64,000 nucleotides of DNA from Candidatus Latescibacterota bacterium (GCA_965219455.1 OZ244744.1:5280001-5344000); one strand, 5' to 3'; shown: positions 51,336-61,638, counted from the first letter of the stretch. A program made the numbers and translations. The notes: generated by a model not told the origin, from the letters alone.

Positions 51336-51647
51336 TATCCATTCCTTGACGAAAAGCCGCTTCATCGTGCTGAAGAAGAACCGAGAAGAGATCCCTCGTA
51401 TCCATCATCCTGCTCATCCGACCATCCTGAAAATCCTGATCCGGACAGTTTCCACCGCCACGGTCTCTTGCAGTCCTGGCAGCGCCTAAACCCGTCGATT
51501 TATCTCCTCCTCCTGCTTGCTAGCGCCCGGACATGGTATTCTGAGGTTTCGGTTAGATGTATGTGAGCAGACAAGAATGTCTGCTCCACCTTTTCAAGTA
51601 TTCCGACGATATCCTGTTCAGCCCGATCGCTTTTGAACGGAAAAAAC

Positions 51648-51677
51648 AAAGGAGGCCGATGTATTGGCCTCCTTTTT
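51648..51677 (-). terminator. Terminator after tRNA-fMet
   Basis: AAAGGAGGCCGAT-GT-ATTGGCCTCCTTT. Confidence 0.75.
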
Positions 51678-51684
51678 GTTTTTT

Positions 51685-51761
<77 letters not shown>

Positions 51762-51807
51762 ACCATCATGTCCCATATACTGAAATCTATCAATCCGAAG
51801 CGTTTTG

Positions 51808-53097
51808 TCAAGCGATTTCTTGGGTTTTGCCGTGCTTGCTCCGGTCAGGTTCCTGTTTGACAATCCGAACCGTGGTAATGCGTTGCCCAACCACTTCCTC
51901 CACCAACAGTGTGAGGTTTTCGAAAACAAAGGTTTCGTGGGGACCCGGAACGCGACCCAGGTGGTTGTATATGAAACCCCCCAGGGTTTCGTATCCGTCG
52001 CGCGGAAGTTCGATATTCAGGATCAGGTTGAGGTCGTCTATATCGAGTCGGGCGTCGGCAACCAGCACGTGCCCGTCTTCGTCCCAGTGGTACAGTTGCT
52101 CTTCCTCGTCGTATTCGTCGTGGATTTCACCGACAATCTCTTCAATCAGGTCCTCCAGCGTGACCAGCCCGGAGGTGCCGCCGAATTCATTGATAACAAT
52201 CGCCATATGCACCTTGTTGGTCTTGAACTCTCGCATCAACTCTGCGATTTTCTTGTTTTCAGGCACGAAAACCGGCTGGCGCATGGCGCCCTCGGGCGTC
52301 CAGGCCTGCCCCGTGCTGAGAAGTTCGAGCAGATCCTTGGCGTACACCACGCCTTCGATGTGGTCCACGCGTTCCCGATAAATCGGAATACGGGAATGCC
52401 GCTTCTGCTGAATCAGGGCCAGGATATCCTCCGGTTTGGAGGAGATTTCGGCGCACGCCATGTCAATGCGCGGCACCATCACTTCCTTCACAGTCGTATC
52501 GCCGAACTCGAAAATGCCGGCGATCATGTCCCGTTCTTCCTCTTCTATGGTACCTTCCTCGGTTTCAGTTTCCACGATCTGCCGCAGTTCCTCCTCCTTG
52601 ATGGCCCTGGTATCGGTTTCGCTGACAAAAAGGCTCCGTGTTTTCTGCAGGAGCAGCGCCGGGGCCAGAAGCAGCACATATAGTGGGTAGTAGATGGCAA
52701 TCAGGTGAGGCACCGGGCGGTCGGATCCCTCTTCGCGCCTGTAGAAAGAGATCGCATTGTCAATCAGCAGCGAAATCAGCACGAACGCGGCGATGCTCAG
52801 CAGATCTCGCAGAAGTGGCCAGGCGAAATCGTTCAGCCCGGATCTGGCGAGAAAGGCGAACGCAAGCCCGCCCATCGCTATGGACAGCGATTGGCCAAAC
52901 GTGACCGTCAGGCCCAGGGCGTATCTTGGTCGGTACATCGACAGCAGGAGGTTCGCGCGGGGGACGGCTTCGTCGCGGAGGCGTTCAAGCGTCGCCCGGG
53001 AAATCGTGCTTCCAATTGCGCCCACCCGGGCAATCAGAGCGGTGATGACCAGAGACCCACCCGAGACAAGTGCTGCCAACCATTCGGAGTCATCCAA
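51808..53097 (-). CDS. HlyC/CorC (CNNM-like) hemolysin-family protein, CBS pair + CorC_HlyC
   Basis: VKEVMVPR, HSRIPIY, NEFGGTSGLVTLEDLIEEIVGEI, YETLGG. Confidence 0.9.
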   Translation of the reverse strand: MDDSEWLAALVSGGSLVITALIARVGAIGSTISRATLERLRDEAVPRANLLLSMYRPRYALGLTVTFGQSLSIAMGGLAFAFLARSGLNDFAWPLLRDLLSIAAFVLISLLIDNAISFYRREEGSDRPVPHLIAIYYPLYVLLLAPALLLQKTRSLFVSETDTRAIKEEELRQIVETETEEGTIEEEERDMIAGIFEFGDTTVKEVMVPRIDMACAEISSKPEDILALIQQKRHSRIPIYRERVDHIEGVVYAKDLLELLSTGQAWTPEGAMRQPVFVPENKKIAELMREFKTNKVHMAIVINEFGGTSGLVTLEDLIEEIVGEIHDEYDEEEQLYHWDEDGHVLVADARLDIDDLNLILNIELPRDGYETLGGFIYNHLGRVPGPHETFVFENLTLLVEEVVGQRITTVRIVKQEPDRSKHGKTQEIA

Positions 53098-53104
53098 AAT
53101 GGAT

Positions 53105-53557
53105 TCACGCTCCTTTCAGGAGTATGCCTGCTTGAAACCGGGCCATATACTCGCGTTCCCTGCATCGCATGGAGGCACAGGACCCGGGAGAGTCGTGGCG
53201 GTACCCGAGCAGATGCAGGGTTCCGTGAATGGCGAGCCACGCTATTTCGTCGGACACGCACCGGGAAGCTTCGCGGGCTTGTACCTCGGCTCGATCCAGG
53301 GAAACGTAGATTTCGCCCAGATCGTCGCTTCCGGGATGGACCGGATCCGCCAGATCGAAGGAAAGAACATCCGTGGGTACATATGCACCCTTGAACTCTC
53401 CGTTCAGACGGCATAGCGCCGCGTCGTCGGCCAGAACCAGGGTGACAGTGCCGTCCGCTCGGTGATCCTGGAGGACACTGTCAAGCAGGAGGTCGAGGTT
53501 CGTCAGGTCGAATGTTACCGGAAGCGGCGCCGCTTGTTCGATGCGAATCCGGGTCAC
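53105..53557 (-). CDS. ybeY: rRNA maturation endoribonuclease YbeY
   Basis: PTDVLSF, LGEIYVS, HGTLHLLGYRH; GTG start overlapping the upstream stop. Confidence 0.9.
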   Translation of the reverse strand: MTRIRIEQAAPLPVTFDLTNLDLLLDSVLQDHRADGTVTLVLADDAALCRLNGEFKGAYVPTDVLSFDLADPVHPGSDDLGEIYVSLDRAEVQAREASRCVSDEIAWLAIHGTLHLLGYRHDSPGSCASMRCREREYMARFQAGILLKGA

Positions 53558-55869
53558 AGAACTTCCTTCCTGCGCCTGGATTGAACCCGCTTCTGTTCGT
53601 GCTGCCACGGATAGGCAACGCGGCTGTGCCAGGTGGCCTCGAGAATGGGCAGAAATGCTTCCTGAATTTGGGTCAGGTCTCTGAGTGTCAGGTCGCATTC
53701 GTCCAGCTCTCCGGCCGTAAACCTTCCCTTCACGAGCGTTTGAACCATGTCACGTGTTTCTTCGGGGGAGATCGCGTTGAGGCTGCGAATTGCGGATTCC
53801 ACCGCGTCGGCCAGGCTGACGATGCCGGCCTCCCTGGTCTGAGGCCTCGGACCAGGGTATCGGAAATCTGCGTCGCGTACCTCGTGCGGGGCGCTGCGTT
53901 CCAGGGCACTCTTTTTGAAACTTGCGATTTCGCTGGTACCGTGATGCTGGGATATCATATCGATGATGACCCTCGGCAGACCCTCCTCTTCGGCCATTCT
54001 GACGCCGTCCTTCACATGGGAGATCAGAATCAGGGCGCTTAGACGAGGCTGGAGTTCATCGTGCGGATTCACGCCTTTCTGGTTTTCGATAAAATAGTGG
54101 GGTCGGATCATTTTGCCGATGTCATGGTAATAACAGCCCACCCGCGCCAGCAGCCCGTTGGCACCTATACCTTCTGCGGCCGCCTCCGAAAGCCTGGCCA
54201 TGATGATACTGTGACTGTACGTGCCGGGCGCCCGAATGGCCAGATTACGCAACAGCGGCCGGTTCAGATCCGAGAGTTCCAGCAACGTGTAGGTTGTGAC
54301 CACGCTGAATGCGCTTTCGAAGATCGGCAGGAGGCCGATGGTCAGAACCGAGGATGCACAGGCCGTGAACGTCCCCAAAACCAGATCCCACCTGACCTTC
54401 TGGAAGAATTCGCCGAAACTGGGATAGCTGAACAACAGGGTGGCCGTGGCAAGGGTCGAGAGAAGATAGGCACCGACCAGGAAGGCGATGGACCGGTAGA
54501 AAAAGTCGCTGCGACGGTTGACCGGGCGCACGGAATATGCTCCCGCAGCCCCCGTGATCAAGTAGATCAGTCCAAACGAAAGGCTTCCCACGATGCTCGC
54601 GCACAGCGTGGCGCAGACGAACGAAACGACCAGGCCGACTTCGGTGTCGAAAAGTACGGTAGCCAGCATTACCGAAAGCGCAACCGGTACCAGCAGGGGC
54701 GTGACCGACGACACGGTTGCCGCATACGACGCAACCAGGCACGGCATGATGACCAGGATGACAAAGAGGACAAGATTAGACGTTGACGCGAAGACCGAGG
54801 GGCGGGACACCTGAAGAAACACGAATAAAATGGCAATCAGCAGGGCGCTGACAGCAGCCTGGGCGCCGACCTGGAGTTGATATAGATAGGGGACCCTATC
54901 GATCGCCCTGTTCATGTGGACGGCCAGAGAACGCAGTTGGTCCATGTGTTCGGAGGTCACGCGGTCGTGTTTGTCTATGATGCGCTCACCTCCCAGAACG
55001 GATCCCTTGTAGGGCGAGACCCTTGCCGCTGCCTCGTCCCTTCGCCGTTCAGTTTCTTCCGCGCTGTAGGTGAGATTGGGCGTTAGGAATACGACCACAA
55101 GCTCGTAAACGGTCTTTATCTCCACAGGTGTTCCCTGCGGAAACTGCCTGTCGATTTCATCCTGCAGGCTCCGCTCATACCATTCGAGGCCGTGGATGGG
55201 TGCTGCCGAAATTCGTCGCTCCAGGTCGTCCCGGACGAGGAATACCTCCTTGATGTCGTTTCCAAGGACTTCCGAGTCCTGGTTCAATACCCCAACCGTA
55301 TAACTGGATACGAGAAGTTCGCGTACGGTCGTGCGAAGCTTGTCGAATCCGGTGGGGTAGTTGGCCGCCTGATTGATGAGAAAACGAAGACTGGCCTGAG
55401 ATACCGACCCGATTTCCGAATGCGCATGTTGCAAATGGTAAACCGCCGAGTCCGAAATGGCGGAGACGCTCAACGCATTCAGATCTTCAAAGAATCCGTC
55501 CAGGGCGCGTCGTCGATCGGCCGACACCTCCGCGTTCAGGAATAAGACGGGAAGAACGTCGCTGACGGCTGTTTCCACTTCGCGGTCATATTCGGTTTCG
55601 TTTTTGAGCACTTTGAAGTTTTCCGGTGCGATCACTTCATAGGGCGCGATCGTGCCCTCGCTGAACGCACTGTGTTCGTAGTTTCGTCTGGCAATCGGGA
55701 AAAAATACGTCAGCAGGGCAACCAGAGTGAACATGAGCCCCCCACGCAACAGAATCCTTATGCGCAACCGCAGCTTGCGTCGGGATAGCGCCCCACGGTC
55801 GCCGCTGTTGGCGTCCGTTTCCACGAGGCCTGTGGACAGGAGCATTCGTCGGAGACTACGCATCATCAC
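53554..55869 (-). CDS. 7TM-HDIG phosphohydrolase (PgpH-like cyclic dinucleotide phosphodiesterase)
   Basis: APGTYSHS, YYHDIGK, HHGT, RYPGPRPQ; phoH-HD-ybeY synteny. Confidence 0.88.
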   Translation of the reverse strand: MMMRSLRRMLLSTGLVETDANSGDRGALSRRKLRLRIRILLRGGLMFTLVALLTYFFPIARRNYEHSAFSEGTIAPYEVIAPENFKVLKNETEYDREVETAVSDVLPVLFLNAEVSADRRRALDGFFEDLNALSVSAISDSAVYHLQHAHSEIGSVSQASLRFLINQAANYPTGFDKLRTTVRELLVSSYTVGVLNQDSEVLGNDIKEVFLVRDDLERRISAAPIHGLEWYERSLQDEIDRQFPQGTPVEIKTVYELVVVFLTPNLTYSAEETERRRDEAAARVSPYKGSVLGGERIIDKHDRVTSEHMDQLRSLAVHMNRAIDRVPYLYQLQVGAQAAVSALLIAILFVFLQVSRPSVFASTSNLVLFVILVIMPCLVASYAATVSSVTPLLVPVALSVMLATVLFDTEVGLVVSFVCATLCASIVGSLSFGLIYLITGAAGAYSVRPVNRRSDFFYRSIAFLVGAYLLSTLATATLLFSYPSFGEFFQKVRWDLVLGTFTACASSVLTIGLLPIFESAFSVVTTYTLLELSDLNRPLLRNLAIRAPGTYSHSIIMARLSEAAAEGIGANGLLARVGCYYHDIGKMIRPHYFIENQKGVNPHDELQPRLSALILISHVKDGVRMAEEEGLPRVIIDMISQHHGTSEIASFKKSALERSAPHEVRDADFRYPGPRPQTREAGIVSLADAVESAIRSLNAISPEETRDMVQTLVKGRFTAGELDECDLTLRDLTQIQEAFLPILEATWHSRVAYPWQHEQKRVQSRRRKEVL

Positions 55870-56884
55870 GTGCGTTACCCTTTACAATTTCCTGATGTTC
55901 CACGGCTTCATTCAGCCCAGACCCATCCGTTGCCTTCAGCCGTTTTTCACTTTCATGACGGTCGTATGCGGAGATGATCTTGCGTACCAGAAAGTGGCGC
56001 ACCACATCCTGTTCAGTGAAATAGACGAACCGGACGGCCTCAATATGCGAGAGAATCTGCTGAACATGTACAAGCCCGGACACAGGGTCTGGTGGCAGAT
56101 CGATCTGTGTGATATCGCCGTTGACAACGGCCTTGGAGTTGGCCCCCAATCGCGTGAGAAACATCTTCATCTGGCTGATGGTCGTGTTTTGAGCCTCATC
56201 CAGAATCACGAAAGCGTTGTTGAGCGTACGACCCCGCATGAACGCAAGGGGAGCGATTTCCAGTGTCCGGTTTTCGAGCAGATGTTGCATATGCTCGCCG
56301 GGAATCATGTCCCTCAATGCGTCGTATAGCGGTCGCAGATAGGGATCGACCTTTTCTTGAATGTCGCCCGGTAGAAATCCCAGGTTCTCTCCTGCTTCCA
56401 CCGCCGGACGCGTCAGAATAATCCTCGAAACCTCCTTGCGCTTCAGCGCGGCGGCGGCGCAGGCGACCGCGAGGTAGGTTTTGCCGGTCCCGGCGGGGCC
56501 GATGCCGAAAACGATATCGAAATTCTCGATTCCGGTCACATATTGTTTCTGGGCCGCCGAACGGGGCCGAATCACGCATTTCTGGGTGACCAGAACGGTC
56601 TCTGCGGCTTCAGATGGCCCATTGCCGGGGGTTTTTCCGCCCGGCACGTTTAATCGTTCGGGCGTGCCCCCGCGCCTCAGGCACGAGACCATCTCTTCCA
56701 GCAGGCCGGAAACATGCCTGACTTTGTAGGCGGGCCCCGTGATCGTGACGGTTTCGCCTCGGGCCGTAACGTGTACGCCGTAACGGGCTTCAAGCGCCAG
56801 GAGGTTGACGTCGTTGTGACCGTAGAGGGTCAGAGGATCGACGCCCTGGATGGAAAGCTGATGCGATAAGGTTGGATTTCTCAA
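55856..56884 (-). CDS. phoH: PhoH/YbeZ family ATPase
   Basis: GPAGTGKT, RPAVEAGE, MRGRT, DEAQN, GDITQIDL. Confidence 0.92.
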   Translation of the reverse strand: MRNPTLSHQLSIQGVDPLTLYGHNDVNLLALEARYGVHVTARGETVTITGPAYKVRHVSGLLEEMVSCLRRGGTPERLNVPGGKTPGNGPSEAAETVLVTQKCVIRPRSAAQKQYVTGIENFDIVFGIGPAGTGKTYLAVACAAAALKRKEVSRIILTRPAVEAGENLGFLPGDIQEKVDPYLRPLYDALRDMIPGEHMQHLLENRTLEIAPLAFMRGRTLNNAFVILDEAQNTTISQMKMFLTRLGANSKAVVNGDITQIDLPPDPVSGLVHVQQILSHIEAVRFVYFTEQDVVRHFLVRKIISAYDRHESEKRLKATDGSGLNEAVEHQEIVKGNARDDA

Positions 56885-56906
56885 CAGGTCAGGTCTTTTC
56901 CCAAAT

Positions 56907-56952
56907 AAAAAAAGCCCCCGTTCCGGCCAGACTCCGGGAACGAGAGCTTTTC
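56907..56952 (-). terminator. Terminator after the LysM gene
   Basis: AAAAAAGCCCCCGTTCC...GGAACGAGAGCTTTT. Confidence 0.55.
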
Positions 56953-57038
56953 AGAAATCTTATTCGTGGTGTGAGTCGCTTTCCATTTTCTGAGGACGTA
57001 AATCTCCGTAGTTCGGAGCCTTGGTATCTGGAGATCGA

Positions 57039-57890
57039 TCAGTCTTCCGGAACGTCGATGACCTGTGCCGGGAAGATAAGGTCCGGTTTCATGATCTGAG
57101 ATTTGTTCGCACGATAAATGCGATGCCATTTCGAGGGGTCGTTGTAGACCATGCCGGCAATGCTCGTGAGCGTGTGGCCGCTCAGGACCAGATGTTGGCC
57201 TCTGTCTACGCCAAAAGGAATTTGAAGTACCCAGTCGGGAAAGATGAGATCGGGATCCTTGATCTTGTCGCGATTTTCGAGGTAAATGCGGGGCCAGAGG
57301 TAGGCGTTGTCGTATATTTCCCCGCTCCTGGCGATCTTCCAGAGACTGTCGTTCCGGAGCACCGTGTAGTCCTGGATCTTCTTCGCGGGCATCCGGGCGG
57401 CGATTCTCTCAACCAGTTGCGCTATGGTCTTCAGCTTCATCGACGCTTTTGGAATATGGCGGATCTTGTTCTGTTTGAGTCCCTCGACCTCTTCGGAAAT
57501 CGCATCGAAATGATCTCTCTGGTCGAAAAGATCGGCGTCGGGAAGATTCATCAGGGCTCTCAGCTGCCCCTCGACACGATCCAGGGCGGCCAGGTAGGCG
57601 TCGATGCACGATTGATCGGGACAACCAACCAGGTCCAGGAGCTCCTGCCTTGTGCTTGCAATTTGGTCTTCCACACCGGCGATCTGCTGTGCCACCTTGT
57701 CTCCCGCGTCTTTACACTCCTGTACTTTCTGCTTGATTTCCTGGACCTCTTGCTGCACGCTCGCAAGCTGCATTTCGTACTCTTCGTAGGTCATTCCGTC
57801 TTCCGACTGGGCAAAGACAGCCAGCGGGACCAGAGCCATCGCTAGCGCGGTGCAGAAGAGTGAAAACCCGACGTGTCTACGATTCTTCAC
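57039..57890 (-). CDS. Secreted coiled-coil + tandem LysM protein
   Basis: Signal peptide; YTVLRNDSLWKIA...PDLIFP, twice. Confidence 0.85.
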   Translation of the reverse strand: MKNRRHVGFSLFCTALAMALVPLAVFAQSEDGMTYEEYEMQLASVQQEVQEIKQKVQECKDAGDKVAQQIAGVEDQIASTRQELLDLVGCPDQSCIDAYLAALDRVEGQLRALMNLPDADLFDQRDHFDAISEEVEGLKQNKIRHIPKASMKLKTIAQLVERIAARMPAKKIQDYTVLRNDSLWKIARSGEIYDNAYLWPRIYLENRDKIKDPDLIFPDWVLQIPFGVDRGQHLVLSGHTLTSIAGMVYNDPSKWHRIYRANKSQIMKPDLIFPAQVIDVPED

Positions 57891-57906
57891 AGGAAACTCC
57901 TTTCCA

Positions 57907-58182
57907 TTACTGATTCAGGGCGTTCTGCACGGCGTCCCTATCGGCGGTCACTCCTTGAAGTTCTTGTTTCTTTTCGGCCAGCGTGCGTTCCAGTTCAGCC
58001 CGCTTCTGCCGACAGGCATCCAGGTCCGCTTCTGCCGCCCGCGCGTTGTTCCTGGCCTCTTCCAGCATCTGGAGATCTTCTTCGGAGGCCATTGCGATAC
58101 AGCCCGACAGAAGGGGGAGCAAGAACAGCGCCAGCACGACGCCAAATCCCGTGAAACGATCCATCAAATTGCGCTTAGCCAT
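57907..58182 (-). CDS. Small coiled-coil lipoprotein
   Basis: Lipobox LLSGC; Ala/Glu-rich helix. Confidence 0.7.
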   Translation of the reverse strand: MAKRNLMDRFTGFGVVLALFLLPLLSGCIAMASEEDLQMLEEARNNARAAEADLDACRQKRAELERTLAEKKQELQGVTADRDAVQNALNQ

Positions 58183-58396
58183 CGATGTCTCCTTAGGGAC
58201 ACGTGTTCACGCATTGAACGAACGTCGACTTGACATACAAACTGAAAACTGCGGCAATCGTTGAGCCATTCCGGAAAACGCGCAGAAAACACCGGTTTTC
58301 CGAGTTGCATTTAGTGCCTCCAAATTACTACAAGAAAGGGCTAAAGTCAAGAAAAAAATCTACATGATCCCTTGCAGGACAGCGTATATGCGAGGT

Positions 58397-60193
58397 TCAG
58401 GAATTGACCGATTCGCCGCCCAGTAACCGGATTCCGAGTTCTCTCAACTGGTCCGTGTCTACCTCCGACGGAGCGCCGTCCATCAAGGACGCGGCATTGT
58501 TGGTTTTGGGAAAGGCGATGACGTCGCGGATGTAATCCCGGCCCGCCATCAGGGCGACCAGGCGATCGTACCCGAAGGCGATCCCCCCGTGGGGAGGCGC
58601 GCCATAACGGAAAGCATCCAGGAGAAAACCGAATTTCTCTTCCGCTTCCGCCGGAGAAATATCCAGAAGGTCGAACATTCTTTCCTGCATTTCCCGGCGG
58701 TGGATACGAATGCTGCCGCCTGCTATTTCATTTCCGTTAAGCACGAGGTCGTAAGCCCGCGCCCGCACGCCTGACGGATCGGTGGCCATTTTTTTGACGT
58801 CTTCGTCCACGGGCGAGGTGAATGGGTGGTGGCACGCCGCATACCGTTTTTCGCGCGCATCCCATTCCACAAGGGGGAAATGGGTAACCCACCTGAAGCT
58901 GAAGCGATCGCGGTCCAGGAGGTTCAGGTGTCCCGCCAACCTCAATCGCAGATTGCCGAGTACCTCGGCCACAATATTGGGCTGGTCGGCCGCAAACAGC
59001 AGCAGATCCCCTGGCTCGGCCTGGAGGGCCTGCCGCAGAAGGTTCCGCGCCTGTTCCGGGAAGAATTTGACAATGGACGATTCCATGCCGCGGTCGGTGA
59101 CCCTGATCCAGGCGAGTCCCTTGGCGCCGAAGTCACGTACGAAAACACCAAGATCGTCTATCTGTTTGCGCGAGAACGTACCGCAACCCTTGGCATTGAT
59201 TCCGCGAACCTGACCTCCCGCGGAAAGCACACTTTTGAAGACCTTGAACCCGGAAGCTTCGGCTGCCACGGTCAAGTCGACGATTTCCAACCCGAAACGG
59301 GTGTCCGGTTTGTCGGAGCCGTAGGTGTCGATCGCCTCCTTGTGGGTGAGGCGGGGAAAGGGCCGAGGCAGGTCGATATCGAGAATTTCCTTGAAGACGT
59401 GGGCTGTAAGACGTTCCGCCGAGCACATCACGTCTTCTTCGTTGACAAAAGACATCTCGATGTCGATTTGGGTGAATTCCGGTTGCCGGTCCCCGCGCAG
59501 ATCTTCATCTCTGAAACAGCGCACGATCTGAAAATACCGGTCGAACCCGGCCACCATGATAAGCTGTTTGTAGGTTTGGGGGGATTGTGGCAGGGCGTAG
59601 AAGTGGCCGAGGTTGACTCGGCTGGGCACCAGATAGTCACGCGCGCCTTCCGGCGTACTCTTCATCAGAAACGGGGTCTCGACCTCGATGAAGCCGTTGT
59701 CCGAAAGGAATCGTCGCGTGGATTGCGATATGCGGTGCCGCAGCAGGATGTCGGATTGCAGGTCCGGGCGGCGGAGGTCAAGGTAACGATGGCGGAGGCG
59801 GATCTCCTCGTTGGCATCCGACTCGGCTTCGATGAGAAAGGGCGGAGTTTCGGATTCGTTCAGAATTTTCAGTTCGGATGCCTCGATATCGATTTCACCC
59901 GTTGACAGGTTGGGATTCGCCATGCCTTCCGGACGGGATTCCACCCTTCCCTTTACGGCCAACACGAATTCGTTCCGTATGGCTTCCGCCTTACCGTGTA
60001 CCTCCGGATTCAGGTCGGGGCGAAAAACGACCTGTGTGAGCCCGTGTCGATCACGCAGGTCGATAAAAATCACGCCGCCGTGATCCCTGCGTTTTGCGAC
60101 CCAGCCCATCAGGGTGACCTGCCCGCCGATGTCCTGGGCGCGCAGGCTGCCGCACGTGTGCGTGCGTTTCCAATCGCCGAGGGATTCCGCCAT
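58397..60193 (-). CDS. aspS: Aspartate-tRNA ligase (probably non-discriminating)
   Basis: RTHTCG, STPEGARD, LPQSPQ, GAPPHGG. Confidence 0.97.
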   Translation of the reverse strand: MAESLGDWKRTHTCGSLRAQDIGGQVTLMGWVAKRRDHGGVIFIDLRDRHGLTQVVFRPDLNPEVHGKAEAIRNEFVLAVKGRVESRPEGMANPNLSTGEIDIEASELKILNESETPPFLIEAESDANEEIRLRHRYLDLRRPDLQSDILLRHRISQSTRRFLSDNGFIEVETPFLMKSTPEGARDYLVPSRVNLGHFYALPQSPQTYKQLIMVAGFDRYFQIVRCFRDEDLRGDRQPEFTQIDIEMSFVNEEDVMCSAERLTAHVFKEILDIDLPRPFPRLTHKEAIDTYGSDKPDTRFGLEIVDLTVAAEASGFKVFKSVLSAGGQVRGINAKGCGTFSRKQIDDLGVFVRDFGAKGLAWIRVTDRGMESSIVKFFPEQARNLLRQALQAEPGDLLLFAADQPNIVAEVLGNLRLRLAGHLNLLDRDRFSFRWVTHFPLVEWDAREKRYAACHHPFTSPVDEDVKKMATDPSGVRARAYDLVLNGNEIAGGSIRIHRREMQERMFDLLDISPAEAEEKFGFLLDAFRYGAPPHGGIAFGYDRLVALMAGRDYIRDVIAFPKTNNAASLMDGAPSEVDTDQLRELGIRLLGGESVNS

Positions 60194-60269
60194 ATAGAAG
60201 GCTCCGAAAAGGGGATGAATCGAGACTCGGAGATGCCGTCAGGACGTCCCCGCATACCGAATCTTGGCG

Positions 60270-61553
60270 TTAACGCTTTGTTTTTATGTGTTCTAAAAAC
60301 TTATCGATGTTGTCGGACGGCAGGACGGTCTGTACACCCGTTGCCAGGTTTTTCAACACAACGGTTTTCGACCTTAATTCGTCGGGTCCGATGATGGTTA
60401 CAAACGGGATCCCTTTACGGTGCGCGTATTTCAGTTGCCGGTCCAGTCGCTGGCCGGGCCTCAGACCCAGTTCGACGGCGAGCCCGCGGGATCGGGCCAC
60501 CCGCGCAAATCCGGCGGCGTGTTCGGCCATGTCTTCGGAAAAGACCGTAACCAGCACGTCTGCGATGGGAGCGCTTACGTCGGCAAGCAAATCCGATTCT
60601 TTCAACAGTTCGGTAACTGCCATGTCGCCAACGGCAAAGCCCACGCCGGGAACCGGCCTTTTGCCACCGACCTGAAGGGTCAGATTGTCGTATCGCCCGC
60701 CGCCGAACAAGGCGCGCCTGAGGGAATTTTTCGCCCAGGCTTCAAAAACAATGCCGGTGTAGTAGTCGAACCCACGCACGATTTTCAGGTCGGGTTCCAC
60801 GTATTCGGATACATTGTTCTTTTCAAGCAACCGGATGACCCGTTCAAGCCATGGCGAGAATCCCGGGTCTTTGCTCTCCAGGGTCTTTACAAGTTCGTCG
60901 ATCTGTTTTGAACTCAGGCCGAGGCTTTCCAGGTCGGCGCTGAATTTTCCGAAGGGCATCTTGTCGATCCGGTCGACAATGGAGAACAGCGGCCGAATCT
61001 GCCCGGAGGAAAGGCCCAGAGAGCGAATGAGGTGGCATTCGAGATCCTGCCGGTTATTCAGCCTCACCGACACCTTATCCGGAGGCAATCCGAGGATCTT
61101 GAACAGTTCACAGGCGATCGTGATGATTTCGACGTCGGCATAGAGGGTATCGATTCCGAGCAGATCGATGTTCCATTGAAAGAATGACCGCCCCCTGCCG
61201 CGCTGCGGGCGTTCGTACCGGTAGAAACGTCCGTAGGATTGCCAGCGCAAAGGAAAAACAAGCCGATCCTCCTGTTGGGCTACCATGCGGGCGAGCGTGG
61301 GCGTAAGCTCGGGACGAAGAACCAGGGTTTTCTCGTCGCGGCTGGCCAATGAGAACGTCTGCCGGCCCACGATCTCCTCGCTGGTCTTACCCAGGTAGAG
61401 GTCCATGTATTCAACGATTGGACCCTCGTATTCCTGGTAGCCGAAACCGGCGCCAAGCGCGATGCACTTTTCACCGAGCCATTTTTGTAGGGCCCAGTCT
61501 TCAGGGTAAAAATCCCTGACTCCTTTGACGCGAGGGATCAGTTCATTCGCCAT
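60270..61553 (-). CDS. hisS: Histidine-tRNA ligase
   Basis: LRPELT, RYERPQRGR, VRGFDYYTG, GGGRYD. Confidence 0.95.
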   Translation of the reverse strand: MANELIPRVKGVRDFYPEDWALQKWLGEKCIALGAGFGYQEYEGPIVEYMDLYLGKTSEEIVGRQTFSLASRDEKTLVLRPELTPTLARMVAQQEDRLVFPLRWQSYGRFYRYERPQRGRGRSFFQWNIDLLGIDTLYADVEIITIACELFKILGLPPDKVSVRLNNRQDLECHLIRSLGLSSGQIRPLFSIVDRIDKMPFGKFSADLESLGLSSKQIDELVKTLESKDPGFSPWLERVIRLLEKNNVSEYVEPDLKIVRGFDYYTGIVFEAWAKNSLRRALFGGGRYDNLTLQVGGKRPVPGVGFAVGDMAVTELLKESDLLADVSAPIADVLVTVFSEDMAEHAAGFARVARSRGLAVELGLRPGQRLDRQLKYAHRKGIPFVTIIGPDELRSKTVVLKNLATGVQTVLPSDNIDKFLEHIKTKR

Positions 61554-61638
61554 GGTTTTCCGATTTCAAGTGGGTAAGCCCTTGATTTTCAGACAGATCG
61601 ACAAAGATAAACACAAGTTTACTCAATGTCAAGATTTA

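Larger units (their letters stand above)
50264..51619 (+). repeat. Module copy B (internally deleted, MITE-interrupted)
   Basis: Homologous to 47610-49416 with a ~0.6-kb deletion. Confidence 0.9.

Noticed and set aside
50467-51489. 340-aa ORF as a real gene
   Set aside because: Chimera of leader DNA, an rpn fragment, the MITE and downstream non-coding sequence.
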